In this document: positions 24,971 through 34,493 of the stretch, piece by piece
How positions within the stretch are numbered: position 1 is the stretch's first letter
Layout: each line of letters opens with the position of its first letter
Assembly: GCA_016932785.1 (NCBI GenBank)
Contig: JAFGCJ010000001.1
Span: 74,909 to 138,908, forward strand
DNA: 64,000 nucleotides
Source of the DNA: Candidatus Dojkabacteria bacterium
GTDB lineage: Bacteria > Patescibacteriota > Dojkabacteria > SC72 > JAFGCJ01
Reading direction: 5' to 3'
Notes under the pieces: generated by a model
What the model saw: only the letters and a program-made list of their open reading frames with translations
The model's database searches: none
Told to the model about the DNA's origin: nothing
Program-made: the position numbers and the translations under genes

Positions 24971-26716
24971 GTGTCTCTAATGAAAAAATGGATAATTGTT
25001 ATTGCCGGTGTCTTGCTTTTTGTTTTACTTTTTGGGGGTGGCTATTTCCTTTATATAAGGTGGGATAAAGCCCGAAATTATGTGGAGACTCTTTCTGGCT
25101 CGGAAAGAAGCAGAATATTGGGACAGGTGGTGGAAAACAATCCTTTGTCTGTAATAGAGACAGAATATGGAATTGGCGATAAGCCTCTTTCATTCAGTGG
25201 TGTTGCCAGAGGTGATATGAGCGAATTTGCTGAGCTTCCACAGACCATTCCGGGATATCAATCCAAAAGTTACAGCTATACCAGGCAGAAAACTGAACTG
25301 GGTGATGGAGCAAAAAAATGCTCGTTCTATGAAGATATAGATGAAGGGACTACGGAGTATTATGATTTCTCAGATCCTGATGATTCTTCTGTCTACTGGA
25401 ACAAAACTATTACAGAGGATAAAGATGGTAATCTTCTGTCTTTATATATTGCCGGAAGTGATTACTCTCTCGAATATATGGGTGGGAAGTATGCAGTCAA
25501 GACTCTTTATGAAAGTGAAGAAGTACTTCTGGGTGATATAGATATCGATTTAGTTGAAGTACAGGAGGTAAATGAGGGTACATACGAGGATTCTGATGAA
25601 GGTTCAGAGGCTTTGACTGAGGATATGGTCACTTTACCTCAGGAGCCTAAATATGAGGATAGTAGTGACTATGCTATTTCATATTTTGGTAATGATACTG
25701 ATCTGGAGAAGGTTGTTGAGGACGGTGAAACCAAGTATTACATTGCTACATGGAAATATGAAGGAAACTGTGGATCTGGTGGCTCCGAACCTGTACTGTA
25801 TAAGCGATATGATGAGGATTCCTCTAGTGATACATTTGTTGTTAAATCATGGATTGATCCTGATACATTTCAGGTGATTAAAGAAGAAGAGTATATTGGC
25901 AGCGAGAAAGAATCCAACCTTCTGGTTAGAACCGTGTACGAAATTGAGGCGGAAGATTTAGATTTTGATGAAGTGAAGGATAAGTTTTCTTTTGACTATG
26001 ACGTCGAAGTTCGAGAGATTGATTTCTTTGGCAGAATATCCGATAACAGTCTATATCTCGATGAAATGCGTGCTTACCTTGAGGATGTTGGATCTTATGT
26101 CTTAGTCTCCTCGAATCTTGAAATGGTACGTGCCGGTTCACAAAGCATAGATAGGGTAATCTCAGGAGTTGAATATTACTATGACCGGGACTTTTACCCT
26201 GAAGGAAAGATAGGTGATGATTTATACGGGGAGTTTACTCGTCAACATGAGGATAATATGGTCTCTTTACCTGACATGGAGTTTTATTACTCGACTGATT
26301 ATAAAGAGACTTCTGTTAATGTGGCGGCGTATTTTGACGGATTATCAGAGGATGAATTACTGGATATATACATAGGTGATTCGGGATATGAGGAAGTTAG
26401 CGGCTATGAAGTTGTTGTTGACGGTAAGGAGCTTGATGCAAGTATATATGAAGTTGAGCTTGAGACAATCGTTGAAGTGGAAAACTCTGCTGATAATGAC
26501 TCTTCAGGTGAGGAAGATGTGTGGGATTCTGAATATAGTATTTATGTTGCAATATTCGAATACAAAGGAACTTCTTATTCTGTTTTAGTTGATTCTTATG
26601 GCGAGTCTCTTGATGTAAATGACGTTTTAAAGTTTGATTCGTACAATACTGGAACGGAAAGTGGACTCAATGGTGTTATGAGTATTATTAAGGATTATGT
26701 CTATAGTGGCAGGTAA
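24971..26716 (+). CDS. Hypothetical N-terminally anchored, highly acidic protein
   Basis: 581-aa ORF. GTG start at 24971, or ATG at 24980 (MKKWIIVIAGVLLFVLLFGGGYFLY). One TM followed by a D/E/Y/S-rich sequence. No recognisable motif. Confidence 0.65.
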   Translation: MSLMKKWIIVIAGVLLFVLLFGGGYFLYIRWDKARNYVETLSGSERSRILGQVVENNPLSVIETEYGIGDKPLSFSGVARGDMSEFAELPQTIPGYQSKSYSYTRQKTELGDGAKKCSFYEDIDEGTTEYYDFSDPDDSSVYWNKTITEDKDGNLLSLYIAGSDYSLEYMGGKYAVKTLYESEEVLLGDIDIDLVEVQEVNEGTYEDSDEGSEALTEDMVTLPQEPKYEDSSDYAISYFGNDTDLEKVVEDGETKYYIATWKYEGNCGSGGSEPVLYKRYDEDSSSDTFVVKSWIDPDTFQVIKEEEYIGSEKESNLLVRTVYEIEAEDLDFDEVKDKFSFDYDVEVREIDFFGRISDNSLYLDEMRAYLEDVGSYVLVSSNLEMVRAGSQSIDRVISGVEYYYDRDFYPEGKIGDDLYGEFTRQHEDNMVSLPDMEFYYSTDYKETSVNVAAYFDGLSEDELLDIYIGDSGYEEVSGYEVVVDGKELDASIYEVELETIVEVENSADNDSSGEEDVWDSEYSIYVAIFEYKGTSYSVLVDSYGESLDVNDVLKFDSYNTGTESGLNGVMSIIKDYVYSGR

Positions 26717-26754
26717 ATATTGATCTGATTGGTATGGAAGGATGCTGCGGGATG

Positions 26755-27339
26755 TTATTTCCTTGCTGATAGGATTATATAATCCTTATGTCTTTTCTCC
26801 GTTTCTGCATTTCCGTAGATATTCTGGAGTGGCTTTTGCAATGATTTGAGGGTCAGGTTTTCTGCAAAAATGTAAATTACTCCTTCAGGCCTTGTATGAT
26901 TGTAGGCTTGAGTTAGTATCTCCTTAATCTCTTCCGGGCAATTTGATGATATGGTAATGAGTATCATACTGTAGTCATAATCCACGATTTGATCTAGGTT
27001 ATGACTTCCCCATGCAGTTACTCTTGAATTTGATGAAAGATTCATGATCGAGAGAGCGACTGCCCTCGGGTCGATATCTACAGCGTGTATCTCGGATTCG
27101 GGATATTTAATGGATGCCAAAATGGAAAGGATTCCGTTTCCACAGCCAACATTCAATATTTTGTTGGGTTTGAGGTCGTCTGGGAGTTTTTGGGCTAGGT
27201 ATAGGATTCCCTTGTGTGTCTTTTTATAGCTTGACACCCCTGGATAGGTATAATATTCCAGTTTTTTGCCGAGGAATGTTACGCTGACCTTTTTTAGCAG
27301 ATCTTGCTTTAGATTTATGTCAAAACAGATTTTCTCCAT
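26755..27339 (-). CDS. Class I SAM-dependent methyltransferase (small-domain, RsmC-like)
   Basis: SAM-binding motif ILNVGCGNGILSILAS followed by the acidic loop HAVDIDPRAV. 194 aa. Confidence 0.7.
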   Translation of the reverse strand: MEKICFDINLKQDLLKKVSVTFLGKKLEYYTYPGVSSYKKTHKGILYLAQKLPDDLKPNKILNVGCGNGILSILASIKYPESEIHAVDIDPRAVALSIMNLSSNSRVTAWGSHNLDQIVDYDYSMILITISSNCPEEIKEILTQAYNHTRPEGVIYIFAENLTLKSLQKPLQNIYGNAETEKRHKDYIILSARK

Positions 27340-27364
27340 TGCTTGGAATTTCTGTAAAAAAGAT

Positions 27365-28420
27365 TTACCGAGCTAATTTTTTCTTTATATTAAAATATTT
27401 TCTTGCCCATAAACCTCGTGTCTTTTCTAGTCCTCTTACTATCCTGTATTTCGCAGAAAGCGGGAGGTCGTACCCTTTTATTACATCTTGTCTGAACCCC
27501 CCGAAACTCTTTTTGAAGAATGTGAATCCTGACCAAGGATGTTTGGGATCGTCTGTCGGGGCAATTCCCCAAAAATCGAAATATGACAGACCTTCTGCCT
27601 TTGCGTCTCTTATGATTTGCCAAATTAGAGCGTGAGCAGGAAAAGTATTTTTTATCTCGTTGGTGGATGCGGCATGAAGGTAATTTGCCGTATCTCCGTA
27701 AAAAGGTATGAGTGCTGTTGCAAGAACCTTTCCATTCAAGTGTGACCAGTAAATCCTGTATTGTCGATCCTCCGCGAAAGCCTTCATTTGCTTAATATAG
27801 TAGTCTTTTTCATGTGGAACGAAGCTTTGTCTTTCTACTGTTTCCATAAATAAATCCCAGAATTTATCGAAGTCAGAAGGATCTATACTGGATTCTACTT
27901 TGATGCCCTCTTTTGCAGAACGTCTTATTGCGTAGCGGGTATTCTTTTTCATTCCGGAAAGTAGGTCTTCTTCATCTGGCGTGATGTCGAGAATCCACTT
28001 GTGCTGTGCCTGTGAATGTGTCGAGGATTTGATCATTCCTAGACTTTGAAATATCTTGTTGTTTTCTGGTTCGTCAAGGACCAAAGGGTCCATGCGTACG
28101 AATAAGGCGTTGTTCTTCCGGCCAAGATTTGAAAGATAATCGAGTAATAACGGCATGATATCGGCATATTCCTCCCAATTAATTACAGGCCCGTTTGAGG
28201 TGTAAATATGAGTGCGCATTTTTGTCGGAAGTACGTGGCACAGGCATCCTCCCGTTAGTTCGTTGTCCTTGAAAATTCCAAGGTTCCAGACTTTTCTTCC
28301 TAAAGATCTGTGAAAATTACCCCAGTTCCATGACTGCATGAATACGGACGGAGATTGCTTTGTCATAAAGTCCTCCCAGATGTTCCTGTCTGATATCTCT
28401 TTGATGGTGTAATTAGCCAT
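27365..28420 (-). CDS. FemAB-family peptidoglycan aminoacyltransferase
   Basis: 351 aa. N-terminus FMQSWNWGNF and overall FemX/FemAB-like pattern (YLHAASTNE, FDFWGI). Confidence 0.75.
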   Translation of the reverse strand: MANYTIKEISDRNIWEDFMTKQSPSVFMQSWNWGNFHRSLGRKVWNLGIFKDNELTGGCLCHVLPTKMRTHIYTSNGPVINWEEYADIMPLLLDYLSNLGRKNNALFVRMDPLVLDEPENNKIFQSLGMIKSSTHSQAQHKWILDITPDEEDLLSGMKKNTRYAIRRSAKEGIKVESSIDPSDFDKFWDLFMETVERQSFVPHEKDYYIKQMKAFAEDRQYRIYWSHLNGKVLATALIPFYGDTANYLHAASTNEIKNTFPAHALIWQIIRDAKAEGLSYFDFWGIAPTDDPKHPWSGFTFFKKSFGGFRQDVIKGYDLPLSAKYRIVRGLEKTRGLWARKYFNIKKKLAR

Positions 28421-28455
28421 GACAAACCTTTTCTATTAATGTTTTTATGGAATGA

Positions 28456-29772
28456 TTATAGTGAATTATTCAATAGTTTGCCAACACGAACAGCATCTTG
28501 TTCTGAGACATTGATAGCTGTAGGAAGGTTAAGACTTTTTTGGGCGGTTCTCTCTGCTATCGGGCAGGATCCTTTGATATATTTGAATTTCTCAGGTGTT
28601 TGATCTGCTAAATGAATAGCATTGTTGTACCAGTTTCCAAGTATGATTTTGTTTTTCTTGAATTCGTTTGAAATTTCTTCTGGATTGTTTACTTTTAGAG
28701 GAAATCTTAGAAATATGTGGTTGGGCGAAATTATTTGAAGTTTTTCTGGCAGTATTCTGTTGTAGATTTGAGCGATTATTCTGCTATGACGGTTGTATCT
28801 TGCAAGTTTGCGAAACTGGACTCTCAGCATTATAGCCTGGGCGTTTGATAGACGTCTGACATATGGTTTATCTAGGTTAATTTTCGAAGGGTCCGCTGTG
28901 TGCTGAAGTATTCTGAAAAGCCTAAGTAACATGATAAAACCCTTTCCCATAGATAGTTTTGAGGGTCTCCCGCTTTTTGTTTTTATATTGGGAAGGTAAT
29001 ATGTTCGGTTTATAATTGTCCACAGAATCGGGTGAACGATCGCCCTAAAAATGTTAAAGATGGATTCTCCTTGTAAGTCGTTGTAATTTTTCTGTAATAT
29101 CTTGGATATTTCGGAATCCTTTGACAGTGCCATTCCACCATATGTGCACGAAATTACTTTATCCTGTCCAAAACTGAGTATGGCGGCATCACCCCACTCA
29201 CCTATTTTCTTGCCTTTGTACTTTGCCCCGAGACTGTGTGCACAGTCCTCAATCAAAAAGACTTTGTCTTTTGGTTGTCGTTTACTATTTATTTTTTTCA
29301 ACATCTCACAGATCTGATCGATTTCTGCCGGTTGACCAAATGTGTGTTGAATAATTACAGCTTTTGTATTTGGAGTAATGGCTTTTTTTATAAGAGTCGC
29401 GGTTGTGTTGTATGATTTTGCTTTAATGTCGACGTAGATAGGAGTTGCTCCGGACCAGATTATTCCCGTGGGAACAGCTGCGCATGTGTAGGCCTGAGTT
29501 ATTACCTCGTGTTTGTCTGTTGTCCCTATCGCCTTCAGGACGGAATATATTGCTCCTCGTCCTGAATTGTATGTGTAGGAATTACTAACATGAAAGTATT
29601 TTGCGAAGGCCTTCTGGATTCTGCTGACGTCGTTGTTGTTCCACTTGACTCCCCATCTCCATGGTGAAAACAGGAGTTTGAGCGCCGTCCTTATATCATC
29701 ACTTTCAGTATTTGGAGAGGATGCTATAGATATTGCCTGATGACGTGATGAAGATATAGTTTTTTTCTTCAT
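28456..29772 (-). CDS. DegT/DnrJ/EryC1/StrS-family PLP-dependent aminotransferase
   Basis: EDCAHSLGAKYKGKKIGEWGDAAILSFGQDKVISC contains the family's PLP-lysine context (xxxK after SF). 438 aa with an N-terminal extension. Confidence 0.8.
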   Translation of the reverse strand: MKKKTISSSRHQAISIASSPNTESDDIRTALKLLFSPWRWGVKWNNNDVSRIQKAFAKYFHVSNSYTYNSGRGAIYSVLKAIGTTDKHEVITQAYTCAAVPTGIIWSGATPIYVDIKAKSYNTTATLIKKAITPNTKAVIIQHTFGQPAEIDQICEMLKKINSKRQPKDKVFLIEDCAHSLGAKYKGKKIGEWGDAAILSFGQDKVISCTYGGMALSKDSEISKILQKNYNDLQGESIFNIFRAIVHPILWTIINRTYYLPNIKTKSGRPSKLSMGKGFIMLLRLFRILQHTADPSKINLDKPYVRRLSNAQAIMLRVQFRKLARYNRHSRIIAQIYNRILPEKLQIISPNHIFLRFPLKVNNPEEISNEFKKNKIILGNWYNNAIHLADQTPEKFKYIKGSCPIAERTAQKSLNLPTAINVSEQDAVRVGKLLNNSL

Positions 29773-29933
29773 GATGGGTATTGTATCAGTCTTTTTTTCC
29801 TTTAGTCAAAGAGGATTTTTTCCTTTGTGAAATTGGGTTTTGCTTCAGTGACGAGGTAGTCTTGAACCAGCGCGGAGTTCTATACTGTGTAAAACTTGCG
29901 GGGGATTTTCGTGGGTTATAGTTTCTGAATGCC

Positions 29934-31715
29934 ATGGTTTATATTATACCTGATTTTGCCGATGTAACGGGAATTGTGATACACTCTGGAGGAAGTTTAT
30001 TCATGAGAAATAATGAAATGTATGAGAAATTATTTAATGAGGGTATTGACCAATTCAAGGGAAAGAAGAGGTTAAACCTTTTTAGAACAATTGAAAATTT
30101 TGCCAAGAATCAATTCAAGAATAACGATATATTTTCTGATGACAGAAATTCTTTCGGTAAAGAAGAAGCTGTGGACAAGATTCTTAGGGTTGCTCTTGAT
30201 AGTGATTGGAAAGGAATTAAAGAGTATACGGATGAGTTCTATAAGTACTATGAAATTGCATCCAGGTATCAGCATTTCGTTGAAGAACTTGTCTGTATTG
30301 CATTGGAAAAACTGGACCACGGTTTTTCTGATTTCGACAAAACCCTGATAATATATTCTGCAAGGATTAGTGAGGCCTATGACAAGTACTATGTTGCTTG
30401 GCTTAAAGCGGTAAGAAACTCAGAGGCTGCAAAGGAGATTGAAAGACGGCTCATTGACCAGGAAGGTTCTCTTAAGAATGAAATTGAGACAAAAAAGCTA
30501 GACAGCAGATATACTATTATCGATTTTGATTACAGTAATGACCTTTGTGACATACCCTACGGGGTATATTTCAAAGATGAGCTGGTGCCTATTTTAGGAC
30601 TGTTCGATCAGATGTGTGATCGTTTGGAGAGTGTTCCTGGTATCACTGAACAGCAGGAGCGAGTAATTGTTTATCTTAGACAGTATAGGAAATGCCTTTC
30701 TTTAAAAGATAAATCCTTGCTTGAACCCGAATGGAAGAAATTAGATGAGATTTGGATGGATGTGAAGTATCCCCTTCAGGTTATTCATGATATTGAATAT
30801 GACTATGGCGATCCTCTTCGTGTCAAAGTAATTCCTGCCTATACCATTAGGTTTCTTGATGATAAGTATATTGAAGAAAATCAAAAGATAAAAGAAATCC
30901 AGAAGATGCTGGTGGATTATTTCAAAAAAAGAAAGACCGACATAACCCAAAAGTCAATTAAAGCTTTCGAAAATTCCTGGGCGGCTATGTATTATGTTCC
31001 CTTTCAATCGAGCTCCAGGATTCAGTTTAGATCAGCAGGTCAAAGCATACCGAATCGTACGGAGGTAAAGTTCAAGAAAGGAACCAAGATCTACTTTGAT
31101 CCTGTGACAATGGATCAGAGGAAAAAACAGGTTTATGATGCAATGGAGAAAGTTGTCGATAGTTCTCTCATTGACAGATACAAGAAAAAGGTTGATAGCC
31201 TAATGTTTATGATATATCTTGTCTCTGGACATGAGTTGGGTCACTCTATTTATCACACAGAACTTCTCAAGGGCGTAGTTGATAGTCAGATGATTAGTTT
31301 GAGTGAGGAAACAAGAGCTGATCTATGTGGTTATTCAGTTATGAACATGTATCTGAGATCTGGTAGAAGTAAAGAAAAGGAGATTCAAAGAGCTCTTTTT
31401 TCAGCAGTCGCATTTGATATGAGAAGATTTGTATTCTGGGATAGCGAGGTTATGCTTCCCTACAGAAACAGTGCAGTGAACGTATATAAGACCTGTGAGA
31501 AAACTGGCTATTTGAATATAATTAATGACAGATTGGTTGTTGATGAATCAAAGACCGAGAAGGTATTGGAGTGCCTGCAGAATCAATTTGAAAGGATTCT
31601 CGGTTATATCGACGCAAAAGACCGTGAAGGATTTGAAAGTGAATATGCTCAGATAACAGAAGAAAGCGAGATCATAGCATGGATGAGAAAGAAGCTGTTT
31701 AAGAGTTCAAAATAG
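29934..31715 (+). CDS. Zinc metallopeptidase, M49 (dipeptidyl-peptidase III)-like
   Basis: HELGH followed 20 aa later by EETRAD, which matches the two-motif M49 signature HExx(x)H ... EExR(K)AE(D). No signal peptide. The likelier start is ATG 30003 (MRNNEMYEKL). Confidence 0.5.
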   Translation: MVYIIPDFADVTGIVIHSGGSLFMRNNEMYEKLFNEGIDQFKGKKRLNLFRTIENFAKNQFKNNDIFSDDRNSFGKEEAVDKILRVALDSDWKGIKEYTDEFYKYYEIASRYQHFVEELVCIALEKLDHGFSDFDKTLIIYSARISEAYDKYYVAWLKAVRNSEAAKEIERRLIDQEGSLKNEIETKKLDSRYTIIDFDYSNDLCDIPYGVYFKDELVPILGLFDQMCDRLESVPGITEQQERVIVYLRQYRKCLSLKDKSLLEPEWKKLDEIWMDVKYPLQVIHDIEYDYGDPLRVKVIPAYTIRFLDDKYIEENQKIKEIQKMLVDYFKKRKTDITQKSIKAFENSWAAMYYVPFQSSSRIQFRSAGQSIPNRTEVKFKKGTKIYFDPVTMDQRKKQVYDAMEKVVDSSLIDRYKKKVDSLMFMIYLVSGHELGHSIYHTELLKGVVDSQMISLSEETRADLCGYSVMNMYLRSGRSKEKEIQRALFSAVAFDMRRFVFWDSEVMLPYRNSAVNVYKTCEKTGYLNIINDRLVVDESKTEKVLECLQNQFERILGYIDAKDREGFESEYAQITEESEIIAWMRKKLFKSSK

Positions 31716-31721
31716 TTCTAT

Positions 31722-32375
31722 TTAGTGTGTTACCGGTACAAAAACAAATCCTGGGTATGTCTCTTCAATATATTCATCTTCACCTGTCCTCTCTACTCTT
31801 CTGATGTCTCTTGCCTGAGAAGGAAAAACCATAATTCCGCCAATAGATAATGACTTGATAAGATCGGTGGGGCGCTCTTTGAAAGCGGCACCAGAAATGA
31901 TTCTGTCATACAGCTTGTTTTCATCTAGATTCTTGGAAAAATCATGCTTGTATAGATGGATTTTTTTACGAAGATCGGCTGGAAGATTTTCTTCAAGTTT
32001 TCTCTCTCCAAAGTCAGCTATTTGTGGGACTATTTCATATGCATATACTTTTCCACAGCTCTTGTTTGAGGATTTTGGATTTGGGCATGCAATTTTGGCA
32101 AGAATTGCGGTTTGCCAGCCGGAACCGTAGCCTATTTCGAGTATCTTGTTTCCCGCCCGTGGTTTTAGGAGCTCTATCATAAAGGCGATGGTAAGTGGCT
32201 GTGAGGTCGTTTGACCATGTTGCAATGGTAACGGTGCATTCAATGAGTCGTACGATTTGTGTCTTTCTGGTAGAAATCCAATCCTTGGTGTGTCTTTGAA
32301 GGCATTGATTATCTCAGGCGTTATGAGATAGCCTTCCTTTATGAGCCTTTGAATAAGTTTTTGATAGTTATCCAT
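31722..32375 (-). CDS. pcm: Protein-L-isoaspartate O-methyltransferase
   Basis: QTTSQPLTIAFMIELL and SAM motif ILEIGYGSGWQTAILA. 217 aa. 8-nt overlap with the recG stop. Confidence 0.85.
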   Translation of the reverse strand: MDNYQKLIQRLIKEGYLITPEIINAFKDTPRIGFLPERHKSYDSLNAPLPLQHGQTTSQPLTIAFMIELLKPRAGNKILEIGYGSGWQTAILAKIACPNPKSSNKSCGKVYAYEIVPQIADFGERKLEENLPADLRKKIHLYKHDFSKNLDENKLYDRIISGAAFKERPTDLIKSLSIGGIMVFPSQARDIRRVERTGEDEYIEETYPGFVFVPVTH

Positions 32376-34341
32376 TAATTTTTTCTGCTATATTTTGGGC
32401 TCTTTTTATCTGTTTCATGTTGGTGATATCAGCGAATCTTAATTGTAGTATACCCGATTGTTTAATTCCGTACACCTCTCCTGGACCTCTGTTTTTGAGG
32501 TCATATTCTGCTACCTTGAAGCCGCTGTTGTTTTTGCAAAAGTATTTTAATCGGTCTATTCTTGTTTTGTCAGTAGCATCTGTAAAAAGGAAACAATACG
32601 ACTGTTGATCACCTCGACCTATTCGGCCCCTGAACTGATGGAGCTGAGCGAGCCCGAATCTTTCGGCATTTTCAATTATCATTATTGTCGCGTTTGGAAC
32701 ATCAATCCCAACCTCCACTACCGGAGTTGCCACGAGTATATCGAATTTCTTGTCTTTAAATTGGTTTAAAATGGTATTCTTTTCCTCCTCCTTCAGCTGT
32801 CCGTGAACCAGTCCTAGACGTAAATCTGGGAAAACATCTTTACTGAGTCTTTTGTATTCCTCCTTGGCGGCTTTGGCCTCAACCTTTTCAGAGTCTTCTA
32901 CCAAAGGACAAATAATAAATGCCTGGTCGTCTTCCTTTTCGATTCTGTCTTTTATCCATTTGTATGAGTCCTGTCGTTTATCCTGAGGTATCAGGTATGT
33001 TTTTATCGGTTTTCTTCCCTTTGGCATTTCATCAAGAATGGAGACATTTGTTTGTCCGTAAAGGACCAGAGTTAGGCTTCTTGGGATTGGAGTTGCTGTC
33101 ATTGTCAAATAGTGGGGTGACCTGTTGCCATTTGTCTGGCCCAGTTTCTCGAGGGTTTCTCTCTGCTCTACTCCGAATCTGTGTTGTTCGTCAATTATTA
33201 TGAATGCAGTGTTGATAGGAAGCTCTTGCTTGTAAATTAACGCATGTGTTCCGATAATTATTTGTGGTGAATTGCCGACCTCACCTTTTGAGTCGGATGT
33301 TAATAGCTGTATGGGGATAGTAATATCACCATCATTGAGAGTTTTTGAAATGGTCTGGTAGTGCTGCTGAGCCAAGATCGTAGTTGGAGCCATTATTACT
33401 GTTGAAAAGCCTTGGTCGTACGTTGCAACGGCTGCTGCTAATCCAACAATTGTTTTTCCTGATCCGACATCTCCATTAAGAAGGCGATGCATGGGTTTTT
33501 CCTCGTTAAAGTCGTTGAGGATTTCATTGATGGCGTTCTCTTGTGATCCTGTAAGCTCAAATTCTAGAGAATCAAGTAATTTCCTTACAAGAAGAGAATT
33601 GATGTCGGATTTTATCTTTATTGCGTCGTATTTGTTCTTTTTTTCGAAGAACTTCTGTGCTTGTATTTGGATATTAATGAGCTCGTTTAATCCGAGCCTT
33701 TCCTGAGCGTCTTTTATGTCTTTTTCTGATTCAGGGAAATGTATCTTCTCTATTGCAGATGAAAGAGGAATAACCTTTTCCTTTTTTTGTATCTGAAATG
33801 GTATAAAGTCTTCCACAATGTCTGGAATATGATTTTGTAGAGGTTTTATCCTTGCTCTTAGCCATTTTGATGACACCCCGTATGTCTCTGGATAAATTGG
33901 GGTAAGTTTTCCCAGATGAGTAGTTTCGTCTGAGGCCTTTTCGTATTGTGGATTCGAAAGATTTCTTCCCCATTTGGTGCTGAGTTTCCCATTAAAAAGA
34001 AATGTTTCACCTCTCTTGAGGGTTTTGGTTAGAAACGGCTGATTGAACCAGACTGCTGTAATTCTGCCGGAGTGATCAGATAAGGTCGCCTTGGTAAGCC
34101 ATTTTCTTGAGCGAGTTCGAGAGTTGGTTATACTTTCGATTGTGGCCATAATTGTCCCCTCGCCTTTCACTATTAGCTCGGTGATTGAAATAATATCGCT
34201 TGTGTCAGAATATCGGAATGGGAAATGATGGAGAAGATCATGTAGGGTTTCTATTCCGAGACGTCTAAGTTTTTCCTCATATCTAGGGCCGACTAAAGGG
34301 AGATTTGTAACTGGGTCTGTACCTGAATAAGAAATACTCAT
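32368..34341 (-). CDS. recG: ATP-dependent DNA helicase RecG
   Basis: N-terminal wedge/OB region. Helicase motifs LLNGDVGSGKTIV, IIDEQHRFGV, MTATPIPRS and QLHQFRGRIGRG. Confidence 0.9.
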   Translation of the reverse strand: MSISYSGTDPVTNLPLVGPRYEEKLRRLGIETLHDLLHHFPFRYSDTSDIISITELIVKGEGTIMATIESITNSRTRSRKWLTKATLSDHSGRITAVWFNQPFLTKTLKRGETFLFNGKLSTKWGRNLSNPQYEKASDETTHLGKLTPIYPETYGVSSKWLRARIKPLQNHIPDIVEDFIPFQIQKKEKVIPLSSAIEKIHFPESEKDIKDAQERLGLNELINIQIQAQKFFEKKNKYDAIKIKSDINSLLVRKLLDSLEFELTGSQENAINEILNDFNEEKPMHRLLNGDVGSGKTIVGLAAAVATYDQGFSTVIMAPTTILAQQHYQTISKTLNDGDITIPIQLLTSDSKGEVGNSPQIIIGTHALIYKQELPINTAFIIIDEQHRFGVEQRETLEKLGQTNGNRSPHYLTMTATPIPRSLTLVLYGQTNVSILDEMPKGRKPIKTYLIPQDKRQDSYKWIKDRIEKEDDQAFIICPLVEDSEKVEAKAAKEEYKRLSKDVFPDLRLGLVHGQLKEEEKNTILNQFKDKKFDILVATPVVEVGIDVPNATIMIIENAERFGLAQLHQFRGRIGRGDQQSYCFLFTDATDKTRIDRLKYFCKNNSGFKVAEYDLKNRGPGEVYGIKQSGILQLRFADITNMKQIKRAQNIAEKING

Positions 34342-34379
34342 TGAGAGTAATTATATCGCAAATGTGTTATTCAGGGGAT

Positions 34380-34493
34380 TTAGAAAATCTCGAGAATAGG
34401 CACAAGTACTATTCCTCCAATTATTACAATGGCAAGAATGTATGTGAATATTTTGAGTAGAACATGTCTCTTCAGAATTGTTGGTTTTTTCAT
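34380..34493 (-). CDS. Possible 37-aa small membrane protein
   Basis: Not in the ORF track (<60 aa). MKKPTILKRHVLLKIFTYILAIVIIGGIVLVPILEIF. Its ATG overlaps the TyrRS TGA stop (ATGA at 34490-34493). One clear hydrophobic helix. Confidence 0.3.
   Translation of the reverse strand: MKKPTILKRHVLLKIFTYILAIVIIGGIVLVPILEIF

Noticed and set aside
27339-27635. 98-aa plus-strand ORF overlapping the 3' part of the FemAB-like gene
   Set aside because: It is antisense to a well-supported 351-aa gene. It has no upstream promoter-like element, and its sequence looks like shadow-ORF composition.
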